A DNA stretch of 64,000 bases, from NCBI GenBank assembly GCA_950072105.1, contig CATMOE010000010.1:14387-78386 (forward strand), read 5' to 3'. Every line of letters begins with the position of its first letter. Positions within the stretch are counted from its first letter, which is position 1. Made by a program: the position numbers and the translations under genes. This document shows, piece by piece, positions 19,373 through 29,216 of the stretch. Under the pieces are notes generated by a model, which saw only the letters and a program-made list of their open reading frames with translations, had not been told where the DNA came from and did not search any database. Source of the DNA: an uncultured Dehalococcoidia bacterium. Its GTDB lineage: Bacteria > Chloroflexota > Dehalococcoidia > Lucifugimonadales > UBA3495.

Positions 19373-20682
19373 CCTCGCCTGCCAACGGCGCCCATCAGGA
19401 CGACGGCCACATCCTACACAACCTGATGATGTTCGGCGAGACGTTGCGCAAGATTGGGTTGGACGTGGGTTCAGGCAACATGCTGGACCTGGTTCGTGCG
19501 TTGGAGTACACCCCCATCAGCCTTAAACAGGAATTCCAGCAAGCGGCGCGCTCAATACTGGTCCACCGGAAACAGGACATTGCCCTGTTCGACGAAGCCT
19601 TCCAGGTGTTCTGGCGGCGTCCGGCCAGCGGCCAAACCACCCTCGACCTGCGGTCAATGGGAGAGCAACGCCGTTACCGGAACCCTCAAGTCGCTCCACC
19701 TAAGGGCGGCGACGAGGGTAACAGCACAGCCACCGAGGGAGATGACGATGATGCCGGCGACCGGGTGGACCTGACCAGGACCTACAGCGCCAGGGAAGTG
19801 CTGCGGCAGAAAGACTTTTCAGACTTCAATGGCTTGGAGATCTCCGAAGCCAAACGAATGATGTCGGACCTGTCTTGGGACCTAGGAAACCGGCGAACCC
19901 GCCGGACCGCGCCGGGAAATGGCTCTTGGATAGACCTGCGCCGCACCCTAAGGCAGAACCTCAAGTACGGCGGCGAACTCTTGGAGTTGCCGCGACGGGA
20001 GCGCAAAGACAAGCCCCGGCACCTGATCTTGATATGCGACGTCAGCGGCTCCATGGAACGGTACACCCGGATGCTGCTACACTTCATCCACTCTGTAGCA
20101 AAGGGCCAGCGGCAGGTGGAGGCATTTTTATTCGCCACCCAGTTAACCCGGATCACCCGGTATCTGAACTACCGCAGCATCGATCAGGCGGTCACTGAAG
20201 TGTCCCGGGCCGTCCCTGACTGGGCCGGGGGCACTCGCATCGGGCAAGCGCTCAAGACGTTCAATTTCCAGTGGTTGCGGCGAGTCCGGGGCAGTGGGGC
20301 CGTGGTGCTGGTGATTTCCGACGGATGGGACCGGGGCGAGCCGGAGTTGCTATCTCAAGAGATTTCACGGCTGCAACGCAGTTGCCACCGGCTGATCTGG
20401 CTCAACCCACTGCTGGGGTCCGCCGATTACCAACCGTTGACCCGGGGAATCCAAGCCGCTCGACCCTACATAGACGACTTTTTACCGGTCAACAACCTAA
20501 ATAGCCTGGATGCCCTTGCTCAACACTTGAGCAACCTGAATCCTCAACGCAGTCTCGGACCCCGTTACCGTCCTCCACTGCCCGACGAGCCGGCCCCCGA
20601 GGCATCGACAACCGAACGCCAGGAGATCAATCCGGCCCTCGGGCCCACATTCCGGCATCCGCTGTGGGGCCGCAATCCATAA
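19369..20682 (+). CDS. VWA domain protein (CoxE-like)
   Basis: MIDAS DVSGSM, W.GGTRIG, ISDGWD, WLNPL; GTGA overlap with the ATPase gene. Confidence 0.92.
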   Translation: MTSPANGAHQDDGHILHNLMMFGETLRKIGLDVGSGNMLDLVRALEYTPISLKQEFQQAARSILVHRKQDIALFDEAFQVFWRRPASGQTTLDLRSMGEQRRYRNPQVAPPKGGDEGNSTATEGDDDDAGDRVDLTRTYSAREVLRQKDFSDFNGLEISEAKRMMSDLSWDLGNRRTRRTAPGNGSWIDLRRTLRQNLKYGGELLELPRRERKDKPRHLILICDVSGSMERYTRMLLHFIHSVAKGQRQVEAFLFATQLTRITRYLNYRSIDQAVTEVSRAVPDWAGGTRIGQALKTFNFQWLRRVRGSGAVVLVISDGWDRGEPELLSQEISRLQRSCHRLIWLNPLLGSADYQPLTRGIQAARPYIDDFLPVNNLNSLDALAQHLSNLNPQRSLGPRYRPPLPDEPAPEASTTERQEINPALGPTFRHPLWGRNP

Positions 20683-20715
20683 CCTATGCCCTGCTATATG
20701 AATCAAGAGGTTTAG

Positions 20716-21417
20716 ATGCCCTCCTGTCCTTACTGCGCTCATCAGGTCGAATCGAATCACATTTTCTGCGGCGGTTGCGGCAAGGCCCTCCCCGCGGAAT
20801 CCACCGCAGACCCCGAAGAGGCGCTGACCGGGCAGCCACCGCGCACTTTGGCCTACCGGATCTCGCCAACCCGTATCCTGGTGATGACGTTCCTGTCCGA
20901 CGGGCTCTATCTGTTCTATTGGTTCTACATCACGTGGCAACAATATCGAGACCACACCGGAAACCAAGTGTTCCCCATGTGGCACACTTTGAGCCTAATG
21001 ATTCCAATCTACGGGCTATTCCGTACTCACGCCCACATGCGCTCTTTCAAGGAACTGATGCAAGACGCCGGCGTTTTTTGCTCCATCGCAGTAGGATGGG
21101 CAGTAGTTCTCGTTTTGATCTCCACCGCGTTGGATAATGCATCACTCAGGGTAAATGGGGGCTTTTTCAATTTCGGTGAAGTCTCGTTTGGGGCTGCCTT
21201 GATCAGCGCCTTGCTGGACCTGGCATCCATCGCTGTTGTTTTGGGGCTTCTTTTACACGTTCAGCAGAACTTGAACCGGTACTGGGCCAGCCTGGACAAC
21301 GTGACTCTGGTTGACCTGAACGTTGGTGCGGGAGAGGTTATCCTAGCCGTCGTCGGGGTCCTAACCTGGATAATTAGCTTGATTAGCATCATCAGCCCGG
21401 CATTTCGGACGCTTTAA
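20716..21417 (+). CDS. Zinc-ribbon membrane protein (DUF4234-like)
   Basis: CPYC..FCGGCG N-terminus, GLYLFYWFY, several TM segments, QQNLNRYW. Confidence 0.75.
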   Translation: MPSCPYCAHQVESNHIFCGGCGKALPAESTADPEEALTGQPPRTLAYRISPTRILVMTFLSDGLYLFYWFYITWQQYRDHTGNQVFPMWHTLSLMIPIYGLFRTHAHMRSFKELMQDAGVFCSIAVGWAVVLVLISTALDNASLRVNGGFFNFGEVSFGAALISALLDLASIAVVLGLLLHVQQNLNRYWASLDNVTLVDLNVGAGEVILAVVGVLTWIISLISIISPAFRTL

Positions 21418-21467
21418 CCGGCGGGCAAACCGCCCTTGGCGATCACGACCCGCCAGGGACATCTCGG

Positions 21468-22250
21468 TCAGCGGCTCAAGCTGAATCGCTCCCGCAGACC
21501 GAGCTCCACGATGACAAAGGCCGCCCCCGCCAACAGACCTCCGGCAACTGCGTCCAGGATGAAATGATTGCCGGTGATGGTGATCGCCAAGAAGGTAACT
21601 CCCGGATACAAAATCCCCAAATATTTCGCCCACCCCGGTAGACTCCGCAGGCACAGAACACCCAGGATAACCGTCCAGCAGAAGTGGAGGCTGGGCATGG
21701 CGGCGTCGAGATTGTAGGTGGGAGCCATCGCTGGCCCCCCGTATAAGGAAGGTCCCAGAACTTGGATGGTATTTACAAAATGGGCGGTCATACCGAAAGG
21801 CGGAGAAACCGGGAAAATAGCGAAAACCAACAATGCGAGTACCAGGCTGACCGCGACAACCGTCCGGTAGTAGTAAAACCGGGACCGGCTCCGAATGAAA
21901 AGGACTAGGCCCACTCCCAAGACAACAGGCCAGTAAGTAATGATGTAAACCCAGTTCAGAACTACCACCAGGATTTCGGCGTTTCCCAGCATCCAGGCTT
22001 GCCACGCCGGTTCCCAGAACATCCCGACCTTTCTTTCCAAGGAGACGACTCGGAGGGCGTTTTGCAGTCCGGCTTCGTCCGGTTGGGAATAGAACAACCC
22101 CCGGGTAATCAGGTAAATAAGATAGAACCCAATTATCAGTCCCAAGTCGGCGGCATGGGGCTTCCATATCCGCAAATGCTTCACCCCAATCGTTCCAGCG
22201 CATCGGCCATTTTGGAAATCTCTATTCCTCGACCATGCTACTCTGCGCAT
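21468..22250 (-). CDS. PAP2 superfamily membrane protein (AUR1/IPC synthase-like); start uncertain
   Basis: FPVSPP, AAMPSLH, TGNHFILDAVAG. Confidence 0.85.
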   Translation of the reverse strand: MRRVAWSRNRDFQNGRCAGTIGVKHLRIWKPHAADLGLIIGFYLIYLITRGLFYSQPDEAGLQNALRVVSLERKVGMFWEPAWQAWMLGNAEILVVVLNWVYIITYWPVVLGVGLVLFIRSRSRFYYYRTVVAVSLVLALLVFAIFPVSPPFGMTAHFVNTIQVLGPSLYGGPAMAPTYNLDAAMPSLHFCWTVILGVLCLRSLPGWAKYLGILYPGVTFLAITITGNHFILDAVAGGLLAGAAFVIVELGLRERFSLSR

Positions 22251-22406
22251 CTGGCTGCTTCAACTGCCAGCCTTGGGGATTACTTCTCATGCCGCCAACC
22301 TTTCCGGATAGCGTTTGACTGGCTACGGAACGGATAGTATCCTTGGGCCTGCTCCATCAAATGGGGCTAGTCGCCTGCCTCAATCAGTTTGGAGGGACCG
22401 GGCCAC

Positions 22407-22871
22407 ATGGCTTCCAGAAACCGCGTGTTCACCGATGATCAGAGAGACTTGCTGTCCAACGTCCTAAACCGGCTCATCCCGCCGGAAGGCGAGCTACCCG
22501 GCGCGGGCGATCTGGGTTTAGCCGCCTTTCTGGAGGGAGTGGTCGAAGGGGAAGCCCGAAAAAATAGAATGTTCAATGAGGGGCTGGCACAGATAGAGAT
22601 CGCCGCCGTGATCAGGGAACCGTCCGGCTTTCAAGCCCTCAACGACGAAGGAAAAGACGCGGCTCTGAAAGAGGTTGAGGCATCACATCCGGAGTTCTTT
22701 GACGAATTGGTGCGGCAGACCTACAACGGGTATTATACCAATCCCAACATCTTCCAGCTCATCGGTTACCCGGAACGACTCGCTCAGGGGACCAGCGGCA
22801 GCCTAGACTTACTGGACGAGAGCCTTCTGGAACAACAGCGAAAGCGAGCGCCTTTTTGGAGAAAATCCTAA
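22407..22871 (+). CDS. Gluconate 2-dehydrogenase subunit 3 family protein
   Basis: LIP....PGA.D, F..L....DA.L, FF......GYYTNP...IGYP; no GMC partner adjacent. Confidence 0.75.
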   Translation: MASRNRVFTDDQRDLLSNVLNRLIPPEGELPGAGDLGLAAFLEGVVEGEARKNRMFNEGLAQIEIAAVIREPSGFQALNDEGKDAALKEVEASHPEFFDELVRQTYNGYYTNPNIFQLIGYPERLAQGTSGSLDLLDESLLEQQRKRAPFWRKS

Positions 22872-22989
22872 CCGTAGCCGTATATCGTCCGGAAATCCAC
22901 ATTCGATTGGCAAGCAGCAACTAACGGGGATATCCCCACCGTTGCAAGCCTGATTCCCATTCTGCGATCATCCGGTTTCTAAGCCAACA

Positions 22990-23895
22990 TCAGGCCGTTA
23001 GAGCCAACTCTAGCTGGCGCTGCTGTCCCCGGAGATTTTTCGTGGGCTCCATCACCTGTAGACCCCATTCCCATCGGGCCTTGTCCACCGCTTTGAGCAC
23101 CATGCTGGTGTAGTCCTTTGGAGCGTAGGTCTTACGATACATCTTGTCGTACGCCGTGGTCAGGTGCGGGTAGGTTTCTCGAAGCATCGGCATGAACCAC
23201 TCTTTAGAGCCGGGCTTCAAGAACAATACGTTGGCTCCCAAGAATTGAGCCTTATGCTCGGCAGCGGCGGCAGCCACTTCGTTGATGCTTTCTTCGCTGT
23301 CCGAGATACCGGGAAGCAGGGGAGCCATCATAACCCCGGCGGTTATCCCGTTCTCCACCAGGAACTGCATGGCCTCCATGCGGGCCATGGGTCCGGGGGC
23401 CCCTGGCTCATTAGTCTTCCAGACCTGCTCGTCCATGCTGCCGATACTGAAGTTGATCCTCACGTCAGCCACTTCGCTCAGTTCTTGCAAAACGTCCAGG
23501 TCCCGGCGCACCAGAACCCCTTTGGTGGTCAAGGATGCCGGGTTGCCGAACTCGGTGAGCACTTGCAGGATTCGCCTGGTCAACCCGTACTCTGCTTCGG
23601 CGGGTTCGTAGGGGTCCGACGCAGTGCCTATGGCAATAGCCTCTCCCATCCACCTGGGCCGCCTTAGCTCCTCCCGAAGAACCTCCGGGGCGTTAACCTT
23701 GGCGAAAACCCTCTGCTCGAACTCCAATCCGGAGTCCATTCCCCAGTATTCGTGGGTAGGCCGGGCGTAACAGTAAGTGCAGGCGTGGCGGCAGCCGCGG
23801 TAGGGATTCAACGTCCACCGGAAGGGAAACCCCGGGACGTCCAAACGGTTGAGCATAGACTTGCAGTGGATTTCCTGTACGTCAGCGCCTGCCAT
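22990..23895 (-). CDS. Radical SAM protein, Rv2578c/SplB-like DNA repair family
   Basis: LNPYRGCRHACTYCYAR, GTASDPY.P.E, TTKG, APLLPGISD. Confidence 0.88.
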   Translation of the reverse strand: MAGADVQEIHCKSMLNRLDVPGFPFRWTLNPYRGCRHACTYCYARPTHEYWGMDSGLEFEQRVFAKVNAPEVLREELRRPRWMGEAIAIGTASDPYEPAEAEYGLTRRILQVLTEFGNPASLTTKGVLVRRDLDVLQELSEVADVRINFSIGSMDEQVWKTNEPGAPGPMARMEAMQFLVENGITAGVMMAPLLPGISDSEESINEVAAAAAEHKAQFLGANVLFLKPGSKEWFMPMLRETYPHLTTAYDKMYRKTYAPKDYTSMVLKAVDKARWEWGLQVMEPTKNLRGQQRQLELALTA

Positions 23896-23915
23896 GGAGA
23901 CTCCTTAAGTAGGGC

Positions 23916-23967
23916 AACAAATTAACTCATTTGTTCTAATACTAAGGGCGGCCACACTCAAGGTCAA
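23916..23967 (-). promoter_or_regulatory. Promoter with downstream inverted repeat
   Basis: Minus strand TTGACC, 17 bp, TAGTAT; palindrome AACAAAT-N6-ATTTGTT at 23916-23935. Confidence 0.5.
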
Positions 23968-24087
23968 GGGAAGGATGTCATATTTGTCGTGGTACGATCG
24001 GCCCGGCTCTCACAAGCCGGCCGTCTTAGAGGCACGGTTAAGTGCGGGTGAAAACCCGGTATCAAGGTTTACGGGATCAGAGGAACC

Positions 24088-25491
24088 CTACCGCCGATAG
24101 AGGTTTCCAGCGGAGGTTCGTTCGCAGTTCAGACGGCGGTTCAGGTGCAAGCCTTCCAGGATAAAGTCCACCGCTGAGGCTACAACCTCGGCTCTCTCGT
24201 CGCTGGTCAATTGCTTCACGGCGTCGGCCAATCCGTCAACCTCCGTCAGCAATGCCATATATTCGGCGGCCGGCTTTTCGCTACTCGTCTCCGCCGTGTG
24301 GCCCATATCGAATGCCGTAACGATCCGCTCCAACTGGTCCACGTCAAACCGTGAGCCGAAGATACGCAGCACGGCGCGGCGCGTAAGATCGTCGGTAACC
24401 CGGCTTTCCCGGCCTTCCTCAAAGGTTTCCAGTTCTATCTTGCCGGAAAACGAAGCCACGATATACGGCAGGTCGGTGGTCCTGGGACAGACCCATTGAT
24501 CACCGTGGATGATTGAGCGGCGCAGCGCGTTTCCCAACAGCGTTTCGTAGTTGGAGATGGATACTCGAACACTCACTCCGGAGCGCTGATTGATCTCGCT
24601 ACTCTCCCTTGCCTGACTGGTGATCTCCGCCAGAATCTCTTTTATGTAGTCCGGAATCACCATGCTGTCCTCGTCGGGGAACCGGGTCCGCTCCTGATCC
24701 ATGATGGTGATTTCGTCTTCAGTGGTCTTGGGGTAGTGGGTATGGATCTGAGACCCGTAGCGGTCTTTCAGCGGCGTCACGATGCGTCCGCGGTTGGTGT
24801 AGTCCTCTGGGTTAGCGGTGGAAACCACGTAAACGTCCAAGGGCAACCGGATGCGGTAACCCTTGATCTGCACGTCACGCTCTTCCATGAGATTGAACAA
24901 CCCCACCTGGATGCGCTCGGCTAGATCGGGCAGCTCATTGATACAAAAGATTCCCCGGTTGGTGCGCGGCACCAGACCGTAGTGGATAACCAACTCATCC
25001 GAAAGGTAATGCCCTTCGGCGACCTTGATCGGGTCGATCTCACCGATAAGGTCGGCGATGGAGATGTCCGGAGTGGCTAGTTTCTCCGAATAACGCTCGT
25101 CTCTGGAAAGCCATTGGATCCCGGTTTCGTCTCCGTCGGCGGCGATTTTATCCCGGCAGACCCGGCAGACCGGGGCGTAGGGGTTATCGTTTATCTCGCA
25201 GTCCGCGATCTTAGGAATCGATTCGTCCAACAGTGTGACCAGACTGCGGATCACCCGGGACTTGGCCTGGCCTCGCTCTCCAAGAAGAATCACGTCCTGG
25301 CCTGCCAAGATGGCGTTCTCCAGTTGAGGAATGACTGTATGCTCAAAGCCAATTATGCCGGGGAAAACGATCTCTTCCGCTTTGATCTTGGCTATAAGAT
25401 TCTTGCGCATCTCTTCGCGTACCGGTATCACCTGATAACCGCTGGCACGCAGTTCTCCGATGGTTCCTGGCAAGGTCGTTGAGGTCATCAT
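24088..25491 (-). CDS. Magnesium chelatase-like AAA ATPase (Rv0958 type)
   Basis: GERGQAKS, EKLATPD, NELPDL.ERIQVGL, ANPEDYTNRGRI.TPLKDR. Confidence 0.88.
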   Translation of the reverse strand: MMTSTTLPGTIGELRASGYQVIPVREEMRKNLIAKIKAEEIVFPGIIGFEHTVIPQLENAILAGQDVILLGERGQAKSRVIRSLVTLLDESIPKIADCEINDNPYAPVCRVCRDKIAADGDETGIQWLSRDERYSEKLATPDISIADLIGEIDPIKVAEGHYLSDELVIHYGLVPRTNRGIFCINELPDLAERIQVGLFNLMEERDVQIKGYRIRLPLDVYVVSTANPEDYTNRGRIVTPLKDRYGSQIHTHYPKTTEDEITIMDQERTRFPDEDSMVIPDYIKEILAEITSQARESSEINQRSGVSVRVSISNYETLLGNALRRSIIHGDQWVCPRTTDLPYIVASFSGKIELETFEEGRESRVTDDLTRRAVLRIFGSRFDVDQLERIVTAFDMGHTAETSSEKPAAEYMALLTEVDGLADAVKQLTSDERAEVVASAVDFILEGLHLNRRLNCERTSAGNLYRR

Positions 25492-25759
25492 TAAAGCTCC
25501 GCTTCAGAATCGTATCAGTATAGCCCATGCAGGCTGGAGGCGATAGAGAATGCCATAACCATCGGTCGATCTGTTCAGATGCCCCAGCTGTATTGCAAAT
25601 GTTACGTTTGGGAGGAAGTAATAAGTTTCGCGAACCAAGCTTCCAGCCTCACAGGGTGGCCCAGCAAGGTAGGATTGGCTAGAGATAATTTCCAAGCAGC
25701 GGCGCCTTAGTCTATAATTACTATTAAGAAACCATCAAGAACCGTCCTTTCGGAGCAGC

Positions 25760-26134
25760 GTGATGTTCCATCGACTCGCCCTTCCATTAATATTCTTCCT
25801 GTTCCCCCGCGTGGGGCCGCCTCTTTTCCGGTTCATCAGGCTCATTTGGCGGCTGAACTTCGACAAGCGCGTGCCCCTGGTTTTGCGGGCATTGGTTCCG
25901 CTGGCCATCGTTTACTTTCTGCTTCCCATTGATTTGATACCGGACACCCTTGGCTATCTGGGCAAATTCGACGACCTTATTATCTTGGCGATGGCGGCGT
26001 TGCTGTTGACGAAGCTGGCGCCGCGGCACGTGGTAGACGAGCACAGTGGCAACAAGCCGAAAGATGACCGTCCCCAAGAAAAGGACCCTGACAAGATTGT
26101 GGAGGGGTCCTCCCACATCGTCGACGATGAGTAA
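25760..26134 (+). CDS. DUF1232/YkvA family membrane protein
   Basis: YFLLPIDLIPD...LGKFDD. Confidence 0.85.
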   Translation: MMFHRLALPLIFFLFPRVGPPLFRFIRLIWRLNFDKRVPLVLRALVPLAIVYFLLPIDLIPDTLGYLGKFDDLIILAMAALLLTKLAPRHVVDEHSGNKPKDDRPQEKDPDKIVEGSSHIVDDE

Positions 26135-26203
26135 TCCTCGAGAATCCCGGCGAACAGCCGGAATTTAATCCCATTTTCAAGCCGCTTGAATACACGCCGA
26201 TAA

Positions 26204-27433
26204 ATGCTAGCTGATCCCACTTCCCCGACGTCCATCGTCCCGCCATCTGGGATGGCCCTCTACATCCATGTCCCCTTCTGCAAGACGAAGTGCCCCTACT
26301 GCGACTTCAATACCTACCAAGGTATCGAACGGATGATGGATCCTTATATGGGCGCCGTGACTCAAGAAATCACCCAGTGGGGGCGGGTGCTGGAAGGGGC
26401 GTCCATAAACTCGGTGTTTTTCGGTGGGGGTACGCCATCTTATCTCAAAGAAGGTTCCATCGACCGCATATTGGAGTCGGCTCGCTCCTCTTTCCAGCTT
26501 AAGGACGGCGCGGAAATCACGATAGAAGCCAACCCCGGCGACCTGGACCTGCCAGCCTGTCAGCGGCTGATTAACGCCGGGGTTAACCGTCTCAGCATTG
26601 GTGTGCAGAGTCTGGACAACGAATTATTGAGTCTCCTGGGCCGCCGTCACGACGCCGATCAAGCCATGGCGGCTCTGGCAATCGCCCGGAGCGGCGGGTT
26701 TTCCAACATCAACCTGGATTTTATGTACGGACTGCCTCACCAGACGATGCTCCAGTGGCAGGACACCATGCAGCGTATGGTGTCCCAGCATCCCGACCAC
26801 ATTTCCCTATATTGCCTCACCCTTGAAGAAGGCACGCCGCTGCATCGATGGGTTGAAACGGGAAAGCTTCCCCAGGCTGACGAGGACCTGGCCGCCGACA
26901 TGTATCACTACGCCGCCGATCTGATGGAACAAGAAGGCTACCAACATTACGAGATCTCCAACTGGTGCCTGCCAGGCTCTGAGTGCCGGCACAATCTGTG
27001 CTACTGGCTCAATCAACCGTATCTTGGCGTTGGTCCCGGAGCTCACTCCAGCCTAGGCGCGTACCGTTTCTGGGACATTTCTTCCCCCGGAACCTACATC
27101 GCTTCGGTCAACGACTGGGCAACCAAGAACCCCCAGCCGGCCATCGGACTAACCGAAGAGGTCTTGAATAGCGTATTGCCCGTGGACCACCACGAACACA
27201 TCGATGAGAACACTTTCTTGGCGGAGACCATGTTTTTGGGACTACGGCTGCTTGAAGGCATGGATCTAGCCGAAGTCTCAGCCCGCATAGGAATAGACCT
27301 GGGCGAGCGTTACCGGTCGGAGATCCAGGACCTCACCGAATTGGGGCTGCTGGAGCAAGAAGGACCTCTGCTACGCCTAACCAAACCAGCCCACCTGATC
27401 GCCAACCAGGTTTTCACCCGGTTCGTTGGGTGA
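26204..27433 (+). CDS. hemW: Radical SAM heme chaperone HemW
   Basis: YIHVPFCKTKCPYCDFN, GGGTPS, NRLSIGVQS, YEISN, HN..YW. Confidence 0.92.
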   Translation: MLADPTSPTSIVPPSGMALYIHVPFCKTKCPYCDFNTYQGIERMMDPYMGAVTQEITQWGRVLEGASINSVFFGGGTPSYLKEGSIDRILESARSSFQLKDGAEITIEANPGDLDLPACQRLINAGVNRLSIGVQSLDNELLSLLGRRHDADQAMAALAIARSGGFSNINLDFMYGLPHQTMLQWQDTMQRMVSQHPDHISLYCLTLEEGTPLHRWVETGKLPQADEDLAADMYHYAADLMEQEGYQHYEISNWCLPGSECRHNLCYWLNQPYLGVGPGAHSSLGAYRFWDISSPGTYIASVNDWATKNPQPAIGLTEEVLNSVLPVDHHEHIDENTFLAETMFLGLRLLEGMDLAEVSARIGIDLGERYRSEIQDLTELGLLEQEGPLLRLTKPAHLIANQVFTRFVG

Positions 27434-27442
27434 GTTTGGGGC

Positions 27443-27775
27443 ATGCTGCTTCCCCGTCGCGAGAGCGCGTACATTCCACCCGCAAAATTAACCGGGTATC
27501 TCCTATCTGAAACACACCCTGTTGGCAGATTTAAGGCTCGATTTTTTTATGCCGTCGGATACGATTCCACTAATGCCCAATCACTTGAGCGGGCGTTGAT
27601 CAACATCGCCCATGAACAGGAAGTCACTGATACTATTTCCACGTCCTACGGTACAATATATGTCATAGACGGTACTCTCCAAACACCGAGGGGAACCGAT
27701 TTACAAATTAGAACAGTGTGGATCATAGTGCCAGGTGAATCTAGTTCGCGATTGGTAACCGCCTATCCAGGTTGA
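27443..27775 (+). CDS. DUF6883-like protein (putative toxin)
   Basis: IPPAKLTGYLL...HPVG..KARFF...GY, YG..Y, TVW, RLVTAYP. Confidence 0.75.
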   Translation: MLLPRRESAYIPPAKLTGYLLSETHPVGRFKARFFYAVGYDSTNAQSLERALINIAHEQEVTDTISTSYGTIYVIDGTLQTPRGTDLQIRTVWIIVPGESSSRLVTAYPG

Positions 27776-27797
27776 GCGTTCATCGGGGAGAGTTTTT

Positions 27798-28028
27798 ATG
27801 GTTAAAGAGCTAGACACCGTCGTCCTGACCCACGCCATAAAAGAACACGGACTGGAAGGTGGCGATATCGGAGCGGTAGTTCATTGCTATCCCGAGGGAA
27901 CTGCTTTTGAAGTCGAGTTCCTCACCGCCGAGGGCAAAACCATAGCTTTGCTTACCCTAGACGAGACTGACGTCCGGCCCATGGGCGGCAGCGAGATCCT
28001 CCACGTTCGAGAATTCACGCCGGTGTAG
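27798..28028 (+). CDS. DUF4926 protein (putative immunity/antitoxin)
   Basis: ELDTVVL.....GL..GDIGAVV....AFEVEF....G.TIALLTL. Confidence 0.8.
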   Translation: MVKELDTVVLTHAIKEHGLEGGDIGAVVHCYPEGTAFEVEFLTAEGKTIALLTLDETDVRPMGGSEILHVREFTPV

Positions 28029-28182
28029 CAGAATTCCGGAAATCGCATATGGTGCGACCCTACGTTTCTCACTACCAGTTAGGGATTCCTTCAATTGATA
28101 GCTCAGGCGTATGGGTTTGGCTACCCCATTCTCGCCGCCGATGCTATTCTTTAGGGACACCGCCCTCAAGGACTAACCGCCC

Positions 28183-28311
28183 ATGTACGTAATCGGCACC
28201 GCGGGCCACGTGGACCACGGCAAGTCTACCTTGGTCAAAGCCCTGACCAACATTGATCCCGACCGGCTCAAAGAGGAAAAAGAGCAGGTAGTGACAGTTC
28301 TTCCGAGATAA
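28183..28311 (+). pseudogene. selB: Truncated duplicate of the selB 5' end (34 identical residues plus 8 unrelated)
   Basis: 28175-28285 matches 29209-29319 with 4 mismatches; translates [42 protein letters not shown]. Confidence 0.9.
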
Positions 28312-28333
28312 TCATCGCTTAGAAAGATTCAAT

Positions 28334-29074
28334 ATGATTCGTGAGTTACAAACAGTTGTGCTTACGCACGATATCAAAGAGTTTGACTTAAAGATGGGCG
28401 ACATTGGCACCGTAGTCCATCGGCACGGCGGCGACGAGTTCGAAGTTGAATTTCGTATGACCGGAGGTAGGTCGAAAGCCGTAATTACTCTAACCGGGAA
28501 TGATTTACTCTCCGAAAATCTTGGATCTGAAGAGGTGCCTTCTGGAAAATCAACTGAACACCCCTATGACCAGCAGATCCAAGAGGAGATATTGCCGTTT
28601 CTTCAAGACACGGCGTTTAATCATCTTGGGCATCTGAAGCGTGGCCTTCTGAGCACATTCTCGGTGATGTTGGATCAACATTGCTCTATCGATTGCGATG
28701 CCACGACACTATCTCTGGCGCTTCATGGCCATGGTCTAGGATTTGCCAGATTATTCAAGGACCCGAACTTCAGAACCTTGACGACCGTATACTTCAATCT
28801 CGCAAACGATAATGATTACCTGGAAGCATGTTCGTTCCTCCGATTGTCGCTTCCTTCCGCGGAGCGTTTACAGGCGTTTAGAGAATTGAGCCAAAAAATA
28901 CCGGAATTAGTATCTTCCAGGTATCCGGGTGGGCGGACACCACCTTTGAACATGGAATCGATGTTGTTCAGTAAGCTCTTTGAGATGTTGCTGTGCTACT
29001 CTCATGCAATCGCTGGCTTCAGTAACGCTATATACCGGTCCAACTTGATACTTGAAGAGGAACTACTTTCTTAA
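28334..29074 (+). CDS. DUF4926 domain fused to an unknown helical domain
   Basis: First ~58 aa align by eye with the 27798 protein; DNA is visibly AT-richer than its neighbours. Confidence 0.7.
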   Translation: MIRELQTVVLTHDIKEFDLKMGDIGTVVHRHGGDEFEVEFRMTGGRSKAVITLTGNDLLSENLGSEEVPSGKSTEHPYDQQIQEEILPFLQDTAFNHLGHLKRGLLSTFSVMLDQHCSIDCDATTLSLALHGHGLGFARLFKDPNFRTLTTVYFNLANDNDYLEACSFLRLSLPSAERLQAFRELSQKIPELVSSRYPGGRTPPLNMESMLFSKLFEMLLCYSHAIAGFSNAIYRSNLILEEELLS

Positions 29075-29216
29075 AGTGCGGCACTACATAATGGGCGGTT
29101 CGGTGTACCACCCTAAGTACGCGATATTCCAATCAACACACGTAATGTCAGGCGTCTCTAGTGGCTAAAATGAGAAACTTTAAATCCGTCCATGTGCTAA
29201 ATCGAGGAAACCGCCC

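Noticed and set aside
23999..24060. Two hairpins (CCGGCT/AGCCGG and CGGGT-GAAA-ACCCG) as a small RNA
   Set aside because: Short stems in GC-rich DNA with no recognisable family; may simply end the upstream ATPase transcript.
25504..25695. 63-aa minus-strand ORF as a gene
   Set aside because: No recognisable motif or SD; could be a decayed remnant but cannot be supported.
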